DNA of 62,949 nt, filler included, from Phoronis australis (GCA_002633005.1; 3 parts of 3 records of this genome joined end to end with filler, not necessarily neighbours in it); one strand, 5' to 3'; shown: positions 38,598 through 53,363, numbered from the whole stretch's first letter. The notes: generated by a model from the sequence alone, not told the origin. Program-made: numbers and translations.

Positions 38598-39180
38598 ATG
38601 GATCTGGAAAATTTTAATAAGTTTTTGACACAGGGTCAACAACTTGGTTTGGAAGGAACTGACTTAATGGAATATGTTGAGCGAAAGCAAAAAGAAATTT
38701 TTGAGCGTCAAGAGCGCCAGCTCATTCGTGATTCCCGTGAAAAGGAAATGGCTCACGAGAATCATATTATAAATCAGCAAGTAGAGTTGCAAAGGCTCAA
38801 AAATGCCGGAATTGAAAGAGATTCAGCAACGAAAACCAAACCCTACGCCCAAAGGGGGCCGAAATTACCATGTTTCGATGAAAACCGCGACAACATGGAT
38901 TCATACCTCTCAAGGTTTGAGAAGTATGCAGCCACAAATGGTTGGAGCCAAGAAGAAATGGCTATTAATTTGAGTGTCCTTCTGCAAGGGAAGGCACTGG
39001 ACACTTATTCTAGGATGACAACTGAAGATGTTGACAATTACAAAAAAATTAAGGAAGCTTTATTAAAAAGCTATGTGTTAACCGAAGACGGTTACAGAAA
39101 AAAGTTTTTTCAATCTACCATTGAAAAAGGGGAGACGGCTGCTCAATTTGTAGCACGCCTGTCAATGACTTTCGACCGCT
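38598..39180 (+). mobile_element. Gypsy (Gmr1-type) gag ORF, truncated at a contig break
   Basis: GQQLGLEGTDLMEYV, a coiled coil, then PKLPCFDE.RDNMDSYLSRFEKYA...W...LLQGKALDTY...YKKIKEALLKSY.LTEDGYRKKF (SCAN-related capsid). A possible 5' LTR begins TGTCAC at ~38123. Confidence 0.88.
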
Positions 39181-40131
39181 NGAGGGTGACACCCAGCTAG
39201 CAGGCAGGTTTGATGGGGGTTTCATTGTTATACCTAGCTTGCTGGCAGATATGATGGTGGGAGGGGGGGGTTGACTGTTATACCCATCTAGCAGGCGGGC
39301 GTAATGGGGGAAGTCATCGAGTTTCATCGTGTGAAACTGTCTGCTGAATCTGCAAACCTTGGTAAAATAGATTTGAGGCCATTAAACACGGTGAAAATAT
39401 GGCCTGTAAGGTCCACCGTAGACAACAAGTGAAGATGCACTGGAAGTCATCTCATTTTAAAATCTGTCTAATGCAAAATTGGAACAAAAAATGTCCTGCC
39501 ATAGAAGTACATACATGTTTCATCCATGTAGTCACGTGGTATTTTCGTCACCTTTTCCCGAAGTGACTCTTTGTATTATATCTCTTACAATTATAAATTG
39601 GTCATAATCTGTTATGTATTTGAATAGGGTGGTTTCTTGGCTTGTGTATCGAACAAGGTGAGACCAGCTATTTGTACTTGACATGAAGTGAGTCGTTTTG
39701 ACAAAGTGCTGTTTTTTACCTGCTTTAAATTTGGTGGCATTGAATCTTGATTAGGTGCTAGGCAACTTAGTGCGACTAGTTCGGCATGCTCTGATAGCTG
39801 CAAATGAACCGTGTAATGTTTCTACACACAACAACACCGTGTATGGCTCCATTCTTTAACTCTTTCACTGTCAAGTGTGACTTGCATTCCCCAGTTTCAA
39901 ATTTGAGGACATATATAACATAGGGTGCGAATGCTAAGAAAGCTTTAAAGTTGTTACCTTTGGTTGTTATGGTCAAACCTCACTGATTATGTCATGAAAT
40001 TGTAGTTATCTCCCAATGGGATTTTGAATTAAGTGCGTCGTCAAAGGCAAAGTACCCAACTTGCGGACGGTTGGGACTGGGTAACTCGTTGAAATGCCTG
40101 CGTGGCAGTGAAAGAGTAAAAGTTTCCTTAA

Positions 40132-40835
40132 AGTGGCATGGACCGCGAAAACTCGTGAAAAATACGTTTTAAACGATCCCTAACCAAAGTACCTTCCGTC
40201 AACCTTTACTAAAAAGTTATTCACTTCCCCCTGAGAAGGAATTTCCAGAAAAAATGACCCAATTCATGGTTTTTGAAAGAAGTACGAAGAAAAGCTTGTA
40301 TGGTAACCACCTATACCTGCCTATCTTCCTTTCACTTATTATAAATGCGCGCATGCGCTCAGTCATTCGGCAAACGAACAGCTGATTCAGTGTCAAGAGT
40401 GTTGTGGAGTGAATACTTTGCCACCCAATTTGCTTTATACATCGTGCCGTGTATTTTGTGCCTACCTCTACGATTCTTCATGATTGGACCATTACTTGAG
40501 ATTTGATCATGCTGATCTGCAGTGGACTATTATTCATTTACACTACGTGTCAGAGAACGGTGCTGCCTTAGTGCGCTAATAATCGCTGACGCAGTTTTGC
40601 AAGACAATACGAGACAAGATGTCGGACAGTGGAAAGCTGGGCAAGAAAATGGGGCGTTCGTCTAAGCTAACCGACTCAGTTAGAAAGAAAAGAAGGCAAG
40701 TCTTGCAGATGAAAGTTAATAAACGACGCATTTATCTGGGTACGGAGCACTGCCGCTGGGAATCTCTTATAGAAGTGAGCTATCCGTCACTAATTCCGAG
40801 CTGGCCAAACGATAGCTTGATCATGCGTACGGTAA
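40132..40835 (+). mobile_element. Kolobok-like DNA transposon left end with degenerate N-terminal ORF
   Basis: TTAA|AGTGGCATGGACCGCGAAAA terminus. An identical ~75-bp copy at 38023-38099 has a different flank, fixing the boundary at TTAA. The basic ORF at 40619 reads RKKRR...NKRRIYLG.EH.RWESL then, after a frameshift, ELAKR*LD. Right end not identified. Confidence 0.6.
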
Positions 40836-43800
40836 GTACTTGTTCGGTCCTGCATACTTCGGTAGTTATCGGGACATTGAGCGGCCCCAGCTTATTAAAA
40901 TCACCTCGATCTAATAAAGTAATGGTCCGAGAACTCACTGAGAAAGTGAAGAGTGTGAAAGTTAAACTGTCAGACATAAAATTCACCGAGTTGCATTGTC
41001 TGTTGACATTTAGCTAAGCGGCTAAGCCTATACTTGTGGCTAAGCCTATGACCTACTTATATTGACGACTTGTTTAGTTGTTTGCAGTTGATAATTCTGG
41101 AAACACTAAGAGAAATTGCAAAGCATTATTACTTTGAGATAGTACCACCGTCTCATCTGACTGCAGTAGAGATGGCAGTTGTCCAATAGGCCCTCCACCA
41201 GTTGGAAGTTTTTTGGCGAATTGTGCCACATTGATTAAACCATCGAAGTCATGTTTCTGCAACGAACTTTTGCAGATAGGGGGATACCTTAGGGGAATGG
41301 TAATGTCTTAAACTCTTCCCAACTCGGTCAAATACGAACGGGCATTAGGAGTCGATTTTCTGTCCTTCGTTACGGTAACAAAATCATGGACTGATCATTT
41401 TTGAGAAACTGGCCCAATTCTGTGTTGATTGAATCATTGCTGTAGCGTTTTGAAATCACATTGAGATCGACCTCCATGACGGAGTAAATCAATCATTAAA
41501 GCACTACACTGGTGATCACCAGAGTGTGCTAGTACTTGAAACTTGGCCGCAAGGGTTGTACCACTCATACCTGTGCAAAATGATATTGTAGATGAACAAA
41601 GAAACAAATCAGAAAGAAATCTTGATTACCAAAGTATTTATTCAAGTTGGAAGGAATTAAAGACATCGACAGCCTCCTAAGGTTACCATGGCTATGTTAT
41701 AAAGGTACTTAAGGCAGCATGACTTTGATGGTTTAGTTTGTGCGAGGTACGAGTTGCCAAANATCAGAAAGAAATCTTGATTACCAAAGTATTTGTTCAA
41801 GTTGGAAGGAATTAAAGACATTGACAGCCTCCTAAGGTGACCATGTCTATGTTATAAAGGTACTTATGTCAGCATGTCTTTGATGGTTTAGTTTGTGCGA
41901 GGTACGAGTTGCCAAAAAGGCTTCTTGCTGCCCCTGGATCCCCCTGTGCCACCAGTTATGGCCCAGTTCAGACAGCAATTCTGTTTTAGTGGCAAGCTGT
42001 GCATTTTGCCAGATTGAGTATTTGCAAAGTAGGTACAAAACCATGTCTCATGGATTTGTAGCCTTGTTATCTTGTTGTACCTTATTTGCAGACCTATGTA
42101 TATTGACATTAAGTGGTATTATAATCAGAGATCAAGAGGCCTACCTTCTTCAAAGATATTATGCGAGATATGGAAGAAAATCCACTGCTAAAACCCCATT
42201 AATCAAAATTTCGCTGCCCTACAAAGGTTAACAAAGTAAAAGCACAAACGTTCGTTGATCAATTTTCAAAATTCAAAAATACATTAACTGAGGATAATTT
42301 TTGGTAACAAATTCCAATTTGCAACAAGAAATTTAGTAATGAATTGCACTCGCATTTTTTGTGATGGTTATTCATGTAGTTTGGTTGTTATTATGGCNGA
42401 TAATTTTTGGTAACAAATTCCAATTCGCAACAAGAAATTTAGTAATGAATTGCACTCACATTTTTTGTGATGGTGTGGTTTGGTTGTTATTATGGCGGCG
42501 AATTGTAACACCTGTATGCTTTGACATCTGTACCTGTAGTTAATAACTAGGTTATTGTAATTTCATTTTTGCACTGTAGGTATGAAGTGTCACAAAGTGA
42601 AAGATTTTCAACAATGTCTAGACGTGTCCACAGAGTCAGAACCTAAAGCCGTATCAGCAACACCTGAAACTCCGCAGTTTGTTCAAATGTATTCTAGAAA
42701 TTATTTTTTCAGTGAAAGCATATTGTCTACATCTTCACCTACTAGTATTCGTGTCTACGACAATACATGACATGGAAAATTGCATTTGTTGAAAACTCCA
42801 AGTCAGTTTTTTGTGAGGGTTACTAATTTGAATCAAATCATTCCAGCTTGCCAGTGTTAGAAATATTACTGAGCTTGCACTCATTAAGCCTACCCTACAG
42901 TTCTCAGAAAATGTAAAAGCCGTAGGCTTATTTGACCATGTCTCTCACAATTATGAGCTTCTAAACTACACCAATTGAAATATCCCTGTTTAACGAGAAC
43001 AAGGCAATCAAACATGCAAACTTCGATTCATATGTACGAACCATTATTCATAATAACACTTGAATCGTAGATACAAACCATATCAAATGTATGAACAAAA
43101 ATTCATGCATGTAAACCAACTTGAAAGATAAAACAAAAAACAGGGGTATGAAGTAACATCACATAATTACGTAAACATTTTCTAGTGATGGTGGTCATCA
43201 TTCGTTTTCCCAAGGAGTCTAGCACTAAGCCAAATGGCAACATAAAATGTATCTGTAGAAGAACTATGTTCTTACATGTTATTTGTATATCTGATTAGTT
43301 ATTTTGTGTGCATGACTGTCCGTTTGTACATATCATGTTGTGGTTCGTATGTATAAATGAAGCGTTCTTCCATATGATGCAGTGTTTTGTGCGTATGACT
43401 CAAAGTCTNATGTTCTTACATGTTATTTGTATATCTGATTAGTTATTTTGTGTGCATGACTGTCCGTTTGTACACATCATGTTGTGATTCGTATGTATAA
43501 ATGAAGCATTCTTCCATATGATGCAGTGTTTTGTGCGCATGACTCAAAGTCTCTACGTATGACTGCCTGGCACCCTCGATTAGTTGCTGACAAATGTTGA
43601 ACTCGTGGTAACTTTCTTTATCACCTAAATGTGATTATGGCCATGGTATATTTTCAGTGGGATTGAGCTTTCTGGAATCTATGCAATTGATTCTGTCTGC
43701 GAAGACGAAGCCTTAATGTTTGTATCCAGGCCATTCACTACAAAGGTATGTGAAAGTACTGGAGTCTGTTCCAAGAAATTGACAAGATCATTTTTGACTT

Positions 43801-46800
43801 AAGTCTAAGATTTGTCTTTAACTTCCAAACTTTGAAACTTCCAATTTTGGTAAGCTAAGACAAAACTTATGTCAAACACTTTCTTGAATTGGTTTTGAGA
43901 CAAATTTAACTTTATTTTAAAATTTACTAAAAGTTGAAAATTGTCTTAGCAAAGTCAGTTCTGTTAGAACAGGCCCCTTAAAATTTGAGAGAACTAGTCA
44001 GTGCTCATGAATTATCTTGACAACAAACTATTTAGTGTTCTAACTGATGATTGAATTGTGAAATATTTTGTGCATATATTTTGCATGGTATATTCCAATA
44101 AAATGGATTTTTCTACATGTCTGGTATGGTCAGGAATGGTGTGCGCAGGTTTCTCTTCTAAGCATGACTGAATTTTGCATACTCTGTTTACATGCACTGT
44201 ATAAATTTGTGATTTGCAAAGATGTAACTAAAAGTAAATACATCAAAAAGGAGATGGGCAGCAGTTTTGGTGACCCTTTTGACTAAATACCACCTATTAG
44301 GTATGGTTTTATAGGTCATCCTGCAACTAATCTCGTCATATTTGTGTTTTTAACGTGACACATTGGTATTCCCAACTTATTTGAATATAGTGTAGGCAGA
44401 GTTGAATTCACTGATTGCATTTGCACCTACATGTCTTTGCGCCGAATTAGACATTTTTTCTTTTTTGAAGTTGATTGCTGTATAATTTAAAACTTTATAT
44501 TTAAAGGCAACGTTGGGAGTTTTTATCAGTAGCATAGACAATCCATGAAATTTGTGACATCAAGTCATAAGTGTGTGTTCTGGATAGAATTTCCTAAATC
44601 TGTTTTCTGAGTTTTAAATATAGAGACCATGCGGTACATGGATTGTTTTTTTATCATAACTTAATCGTGGTTAGGCGATATGTGGTGAAATCCAATAAAT
44701 ACAGACTGACCAATGCTTTAAAAGAGAAACACTCAAACATTTTTGACTCTCTATATTACAGGCTATTGATTGATGTTTCTGAGGACCTAGCATGCAATGA
44801 CCTGGACGATAACTGTAAGTGCAACATAACCATTGTGTACACATTTAAATTATGAGTTATCCAATTTTTAATAAAAATACATCATTATTGTTCAGTGCTG
44901 ACAATGTTAATGTATTTATTGAAATATATCTTCTACTGACGATTGGTCATAATAGCTCAGTGCATGGACAGCAATGAATCTCAGGTTGGAAGCCCTGACA
45001 GGACAGAAATCCTTTCACAGTACTAACCATTAGGTCNNNNNNNNNNNNNNNNNNNNNNNNNNNNNNNNNNNNNNNNNNNNNNNNNNNNNNNNNNNNNNNN
45101 NNNNNNNNNNNNNNNNNNNNNNNNNNNNNNNNNNNNNNNNNNNNNNNNNNNNNNNNNNNNNNNNNNNNNNNNNNNNNNNNNNNNNNNNNNNNNNNNNNNN
45201 NNNNNNNNNNNNNNNNNNNNNNNNNNNNNNNNNNNNNNNNNNNNNNNNNNNNNNNNNNNNNNNNNNNNNNNNNNNNNNNNNNNNNNNNNNNNNNNNNNNN
45301 NNNNNNNNNNNNNNNNNNNNNNNNNNNNNNNNNNNNNNNNNNNNNNNNNNNNNNNNNNNNNNNNNNNNNNNNNNNNNNNNNNNNNNNNNNNNNNNNNNNN
45401 NNNNNNNNNNNNNNNNNNNNNNNNNNNNNNNNNNNNNNNNNNNNNNNNNNNNNNNNNNNNNNNNNNNNNNNNNNNNNNNNNNNNNNNNNNNNNNNNNNNN
45501 NNNNNNNNNNNNNNNNNNNNNNNNNNNNNNNNNNNNNNNNNNNNNNNNNNNNNNNNNNNNNNNNNNNNNNNNNNTTTTCATGGCTCTCCCACATATCCTA
45601 TGGAAATAAACAGGCCTTTTAAATTTCATATAGTCTCAAAGTTCATCAAAAGCCATGCCTAACATTGGGAGTAATTTCCAAACCAAAGCAAATGCTTCAA
45701 ACAGGACTGGTAATGTGTGAAAAAATTATGTTTCTGAGAGCATTCCATTAGTGAGTTCTCAGCCCCAGTCTGTTAGTCTAAGCTCTTTTCACGTTTTACC
45801 CCATGGATAGGTGGGCGCAGGTTGTCACCGATCTGTTCTGATATTTTGATGCAATGGTAGACTGAACACTGGTTCGAGTTCATCACTTTATTAATCTTGA
45901 CTGTATGCTCATATTAAGTCCATTCAAACAAAACGTACAACGTAATGTATGTTCTATGCTCAGCCAGTGCGACAAAGCCTTGACTTTCAGTACCTCCTAC
46001 AATTGCTGGTGCAATAACATGCTACTTTAGACAGTTCTTTGTTCTCTAGCCACAGGTGAAGTGTTAGACAAGTTCTGTGCAATTGAAACCGTGCAACGGC
46101 TGATGTTGTAGCCAATGAATAATGTTATGAACTATGAAAGTACTTAGATGTTCTATTATTTTCTCCTCTGGAACGATAATTAGATGCTCCATGGACAGTA
46201 GAAATAAAATTATTTTCAATTAATGTTGCTGTAATTTCTGATGTTTTTAGTGGGACAAATTTGCTGGAAGTGCAATTTATCATTCCATTTGTTCAAAGGT
46301 GTGTAGATTGATTCTGTCTTTTTATTTCTAAACACAGTTATGTTGCTCAAGTGGAATGACCTCTTATTTCGTGCATTATGTAACTTTGTATCCTTCCATG
46401 AGTCCACACATCATTGATGTTTCATTGTAGTCAGATGTAAAAGTGGAGGTCAGCTCAATAAAACAGAAGTTGATTGCAAACCACAGATTTGTGCAAATCC
46501 CTAAATTGCTAAGTGCTTGTAGTTATAGTCAGTGAAAATGTGTAACATACTTTGAAAAAAAACAAAATTATTTGGATCATGATGATGATCGATAAAATAA
46601 AACTTTTTGAATGCTGTTGTGACTGAATGTTCATTATGATGCATATTGCAAGCTATTACTGGGTGAACAATTAGCTCAATATATTTACCACCAGTCCTTG
46701 GAACATATGTGTCTGTGACTTATCACCATCACATCTTTCCATGTAATGACTATGTAAATTATCAGATGACTGGAGTTAACAGCTTTTGAGATATTAGGAG

Positions 46801-49199
46801 ATAAACTGTGTTTTAGGTTCAAAAAGATACCAAAATTTAGCAGTAGAAAGTTAATCTTCCCAATTTTAAAGTTTTATTTAAAAATTTGCTGTGAAGCACC
46901 TTGTAATTGGTTAGAATTACTGTAAATAACAGTGTGATTACTAAGGCATAATTTTAATATAATTACTAAGTTGGTCAAGTCATTGCACTTGGCCATTTGA
47001 ACCCTCAAATGCATTGACTACATGTACTTTGGGCCAACTGGGTGCATTTGGCCCCAGAATTCAAGAAAACCCTGGGCCAGAATTTTTGGGGGATTTTTGA
47101 TCGGTAAACAAGAAAGTTCAATGAAGGTTTCCAGAGAAATTCAGATTACATTTTCTTCCACCACTAACACCTGAGGATTTAGCTAACTGCACTTGCACTT
47201 ACTAAACGGTGAATACGCCAGTGGCGGATCTAGATACCACAACGGGGGCCCAACATGACACCTCGGAGAAATGGGCAAAGCTCGATTGTATGCGCAGGTG
47301 GCTCGAATGTTGTGGGGGTTGGCGATACGGACCTGGTGTTCCGGAATTCTACCGTTGGGCCCGATATTTTCTCACGCTTCATGCTGTTGCTGTGTAATTT
47401 TTGCTTGCAACACGGTCATGGCCGGGGGGGCCTTGGCCTGTACGCAATCATCACGTAGAAACAATTAACAATCACCCGAAATACGTTTTAGTTATAAATA
47501 CTACGTACAGTCACGATGCATTGAAATGTTTTAAGCAAAATGTTATTGTTCATGTTTACTATAGATTATACTCAACATAGTCTACGATGTTGACCGTACG
47601 CCGATCGGTGAGCCAGACTATTTTCATTCCCTAAACGATAAGACATGAATAGAACGTTTTCCGTTTGAAATGCACATAAATGAAATCCTGGACAAAAAGT
47701 ATATTAGATCATACTTGGGAGAGCATAGAAACCAAATAAATCGATAACTTACTTCAGAAATGGGACTTCTTTGAGTCAATCGAGGTGTCGATGTGCTTTC
47801 GAAGCCAGCCATCACTGTTTTGCTTTCGGCGACCTTTCACCTCTCTGAGGTCATCAGGCCATTTCCAAATAAGGCACCGCAATGCATTTTGGGACTGTAA
47901 TGTCGGACTTGACGAGCACGAAGGCGTGTCTTTTTGGTCAACTTTCAAACGTAAAGAAAAATACTCCAAACTCATCTAAAACTCACTATATTTACGAAAC
48001 CTNNNNNNNNNNNNNNNNNNNNNNNNNNNNNNNNNNNNNNNNNNNNNNNNNNNNNNNNNNNNNNNNNNNNNNNNNNNNNNNNNNNNNNNNNNNNNNNNNN
48101 NNNNNNNNNNNNNNNNNNNNNNNNNNNNNNNNNNNNNNNNNNNNNNNNNNNNNNNNNNNNNNNNNNNNNNNNNNNNNNNNNNNNNNNNNNNNNNNNNNNN
48201 NNNNNNNNNNNNNNNNNNNNNNNNNNNNNNNNNNNNNNNNNNNNNNNNNNNNNNNNNNNNNNNNNNNNNNNNNNNNNNNNNNNNNNNNNNNNNNNNNNNN
48301 NNNNNNNNNNNNNNNNNNNNNNNNNNNNNNNNNNNNNNNNNNNNNNNNNNNNNNNNNNNNNNNNNNNNNNNNNNNNNNNNNNNNNNNNNNNNNNNNNNNN
48401 NNNNNNNNNNNNNNNNNNNNNNNNNNNNNNNNNNNNNNNNNNNNNNNNNNNNNNNNNNNNNNNNNNNNNNNNNNNNNNNNNNNNNNNNNNNNNNNNNNNN
48501 NNNNNNNNNNNNNNNNNNNNNNNNNNNNNNNNNNNNNNNNNNNNNNNNNNNNNNNNNNNNNNNNNNNNNNNNNNNNNNNNNNNNNNNNNNNNNNNNNNNN
48601 NNNNNNNNNNNNNNNNNNNNNNNNNNNNNNNNNNNNNNNNNNNNNNNNNNNNNNNNNNNNNNNNNNNNNNNNNNNNNNNNNNNNNNNNNNNNNNNNNNNN
48701 NNNNNNNNNNNNNNNNNNNNNNNNNNNNNNNNNNNNNNNNNNNNNNNNNNNNNNNNNNNNNNNNNNNNNNNNNNNNNNNNNNNNNNNNNNNNNNNNNNNN
48801 NNNNNNNNNNNNNNNNNNNNNNNNNNNNNNNNNNNNNNNNNNNNNNNNNNNNNNNNNNNNNNNNNNNCTCACATGTTAATGTGAAATGCTCTACTAGACG
48901 TCAGCAATTGTTGACGAGCATTCACTTGCCTCTTTAAAGAGAAGTGGAAATTTGTCCCATTATCAGAAATTCATAACAACATATTATGCTGATTTCTTGA
49001 TTTTTTGTGTACTGTTTAACTTCGGATTTTCTTCGTTTCCAGCTGCGTTGCTGTTTGGACAAGTCTTCTTCAAGGTTACGACAAACACGCTTCTGATGTT
49101 TTCAAATGGGTACCTAAAAATGCTAGTTCTTTGGCTCTTGTATATGATCAAGTAAGAAAACATCTGTTTATGGTCCCTGAATTTTCAGTACACATTGAG

Positions 49200-50460
49200 A
49201 AAAATATTTTATACAATCTCAGAGTTGTAGATTTTGAAAGCGGTTGCGTATTAGAATATTTGGGACTTCAGTAATTGCGGCCTCAGTTATCCTAGCTTTT
49301 TGCTTCTCACATTTAACCAAGTTAAGGATTATGTGTTTTTGTCTTCAAGGCTTTCATTAGACATTATGAATGTCTTCTGTACCAAGTTTCGTAGATGGGC
49401 TCCAACAATTGTTGATTTTGCAAGCGATTTTGGTTTGAATATGTATTAAAATTTGTGCCTAAGTCATGCTAGTTTTTTTAGCTCTCAAAGGTAATCAAGT
49501 TAAGGAACATGTGGTTTTGTCTGCAAGACTTTCATTAGACATGATGGATATGTACTGTACCAACTTTCGCTGATGTGCTCCAAAAATTTTAGATTTTGAA
49601 AGCGATTTTGGTTTGAATATGTCGTAAAATTTATGAATTTCATTATTGGCCTCTAGTCATGTTAGCTTTTTGCTTCTAACAGTTAACCAAGTTAAAGAGC
49701 ATGTGCTTTTGTCTTCAAGGCTTTCATTAGACATGATGAATATGTACTGTACTAACTTTCGCAGATGTGCTCCAAGAATTGTAGATTTTGCAAGCGATTT
49801 TGGTTTGAATATGTAGTAAAATTTGTGCGAATTTCATTACTGGCCTTAGTCATGCTAGTTTTTTAGCTCTTAAAGGTAATCAAGTTAGGGAACATGTGGT
49901 TTTGTCTCCAAGACTTTCATTAGACATGATGACTATGTACTGTACCAAATTTCGCTGATGAGCTCCAGAAATTGTAGATTTTGCAAACGATATTGGCTTG
50001 AATATGTAGTAAAATTTGTGCGAATTTCATTATTGACCTCAGTCTTGATAGCTTTTTGCTTTTCACAGTTAACCAAGTTAAAGAGCATGTGTTTTTGTCT
50101 CCAAGACTTTCATTAGACATGATGACTATGTACTGTACCAACTTTTACAGATGTGCTCCAAAAATTGTAGATTTTGCAAGGAATATTGGGTTGAATATGT
50201 AGCAAAATTTAAGCGAATTTCATAATTGGTCCCAGTCATGTTAGCTTTTTGCTTCTCAAGTTAACCAAGTTAAATACCATGTGTTTTGTCTCCAAGAGTT
50301 AGACATTATGAATATGTATTGTACCAACTTTCGTAGATGAGCTCTAAAAATTGAAGATTTTGAAAGCGATTTTGGTCTAAGTTTGTACAAAAATGTTTAC
50401 GAATTCTAGCTGTGGCTGCATTTATGCTAGGTTTTTGGCTTTCATATTTTATCAAGTTAT
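49200..50460. repeat. ~190-bp satellite-like tandem array, ~7 units
   Basis: A gattttg anchor recurs at ~49226, 49411, 49589, 49781, 49974, 50167 and 50353 (spacing 178-193 nt). Confidence 0.92.
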
Positions 50461-53363
50461 AGAACACCTGTTTTCTTGTAAAATATTTACTGACTTCTCA
50501 ATAAATGAAAACTTGTCTGAGCATGTTTCACTGCTAACCAATAAACTTATAGGTCATAAATATTTTTGATTGGGATTCTTTGGCGAATCAAGTTAACCTC
50601 CACACAGAAAATTGAGGTTGTAATAATTCTTCAACTTCAGTTATGTCGCACAACATTTCTAGGTAAGGTCCATTTCGTTTATGGGCCTACAAAGAATTCC
50701 GGGCTATAGAAAAATCAGTTATTTTTACAATGCACTGAGATAATTCCTTGAAGGACATGTTTAAACTGGATTGGTAACCCGAAAATAAGTGGGAAACATT
50801 AAATATTAAGCCAAAATCGATGGAATATCACTAATTTAGGGGTCTATAATAGTGCAGTGTTTAAATATACACTCACACACACACCCGTATATGCGTAAAG
50901 AGTAGGCCCCTGTGCCTTCGTTGAATAAAAAAAAAAAACGAGCGTCAGTTCCAGTCTTTCTGGTGCCAGCCAGAATAAAATCGCATTTCGAGTACGTTGA
51001 ATTATTTTCAGTTTGACATTTTTCAAAAACGTTTAATTAAAAATAGGGTACTGTATTCTCAAGTTTTGCTAAAGATACCAAGGCCTTCAATTTCTTTGGT
51101 CAATAAATAATTTTCTTGGACATTTTTAGTTTTTGCGAATTGTCGAGACATTTTTGATAGGCCTACGAATTGAAAATTGTTTGTTATATGGTTTGATGTG
51201 CACCTTATTTCAATTCACGCAGGATACTCGTTCGTCTTGTTCCCCCATGAAGTAAGTAATTCCTACTACATATATATTTGCAAGTTTCTTGATATACAAC
51301 ACTATGGAATATAACAGACTAAAATAGTCTTGTTTATCAAGGATTGATCTCCGGCTTCATTTTGGGAGCGCTCCACGCGCTCAGGGCGCATTCAAAGATT
51401 TTTAATCTGCGAATTCAGTTTCCTTAGCAAGAAAGTGTAAATATTTTACTACAATTTTTACCCATTGCAGCTGTGATGGTCCATTTTTTCCACGGCGTGT
51501 GATTTTGTAAAATGATCTTAGAGTTTTTAATACGCCTGATTCTCGCTAATTATTTCGCTTGCTGGACGAAGCTTTCCTAAACCGATTTTGAAAATTTCCC
51601 TTTTTCCGAATCTTATGAACTGAATTTCCTGGAAAAAAACAAGGTTTCCAATTTCTGTGTTTTCTTTTAGTGTACATTTTTGTAAGACTTTTCTGAAAGA
51701 TGCGTTTGATGATGTAGGAACGCTATTTCACACAGGACACCTTTTTTCTCCGGGATCATCGCCTTCGGTCATACAGGTGGGCGTCGATTAATTTAAATTA
51801 TTACGTACCACAACAAATCATAATGTCTTACTGGGAATATACCCAACCGAGTATTTTTACCCATTCGAGTATTTCTAACATATTCTTGAAGGAAATTCAG
51901 TACAAGCGAAAAAGAACACTCAGATCGGAGTGACGACGAAGAGCGTCTTCACGCCGCGACGGGCCCGGCTAAGGTCGGGCGACGCCCAGGCCAGGAAATG
52001 AAATTCAGAAATATTTTAATCTTATGAATCAATTATAAGTATAGATCGAGTCTACAGAATGTCACTTTTTTGAAAGAGCTTTTTACTAATTTGCCTTTCA
52101 ACAGAGGACTCCCCGGTCCGGATGCACTCCACGGCACCACTGAGGGGCACGATCCTACCTAAAGTAGCTAACGGGATTCCTCCCCGCAAGTAGAGAGAAA
52201 GAGACAGAGAGAGCGAGACAGAGGGTGACAGGTTTATTAACATAAGTAATATTAGCTCATAATACAGTTTACAGAGTACAATAAAACAAGCAAAAGCGTG
52301 AGCATGATCACAACCCGCAAAGCATGGCCGATACGAGCGCAAGCATACTGACCGGCGACTGAATTGAAGTAATCTAATTATAATTCATTTACCAATGTCT
52401 AACATAACCATGGCAGACAAAAATCGTTACATTATCACAAACGTAGTGAATTTATATTTTTAGGCTTATTTTACAGCTGTGCTTTGCCGTCTTCATTTGG
52501 GAGGAAATTTTCACGGGGGAAGAAATTTCATGCCTTAGACGTGAAATAACATCCTCTCAATCCCGCGCATGCGCAAAAGGGTCAGAGTGGGAAGAAATTT
52601 CACGGGGAAGAAATTTCACGCGACCCCGGCAAAGCCAAAGTTTTATCCCCACGCGAAATAGCCTCGTTTACGCCCGACTAAAAAGGAATATTTCAATCAT
52701 AATTAATTGGTACTATACACCATTCATTATTATATACCATGCATTATGTTTTTAGAAAAAAGCGAAACTCAACGTCCCACAACACAAGCCTGTTCGCCAG
52801 CTTGGCTCGGCCGTTGCTAGGCTGGATACTACCGGGTTCATGAACTCGGTTTATTTACGAGTTCTCAGGGCCTCCACTGGGGGCGTCAGTATGCTTGTGA
52901 CGTCAGTGGACAAAAGGGAATTGGCCAACATTCACCATTCTGCGCTCCCGGTACCTTTTGCGTCGCGTTTGCGGGTTACTTAGAATTAGCCAAAAGATNC
53001 ATGCATTATGTTTTTAGAAAAAAGCGAAACTCAACGTCCCACAACACAAGCCTGTTCGCCTGCTTGGCTCGGCCGTTGCTAGGCTGGATACTACCGGGTT
53101 CATGAACTCGGTTTATTTACGAGTTCTCAGGGCCTCCACTGGGGGCGTCAGTATGCTTGTGACGTCAGTGGCCAACATTCACCATTCTGCGCTCCCGGTA
53201 CCTTTTGCGTCGCGTTTGCGGGTTACTTAGAATTAGCCAAAAGATGTCGCTCACTTATCTTCGCGCGTCATGTCTCGAGAGCGTGATTTTCTGACAATGA
53301 ACAGATGAAAGAACCTTAACGAAATCTTACTATTTGCTGTTTTTGCTCAGTTAAAACCTCACC

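Noticed and set aside
41587-43552. Tandem duplications flanking single Ns (at 41762, 42398, 43409; also 52999)
   Set aside because: Near-identical sequence either side of a 1-N join indicates unmerged contig or haplotype overlaps, not biological duplications.
47700-47980. Possible hAT transposase N-terminal (TTF zinc-finger-like) remnant on the minus strand
   Set aside because: Only a faint R...WLRKH resemblance, next to a gap; not supportable without a search.
6109-48937. Long poly-X ORFs in the ORF track (6.1, 11.8, 44.9 and 47.9 kb)
   Set aside because: They only span N-gaps.
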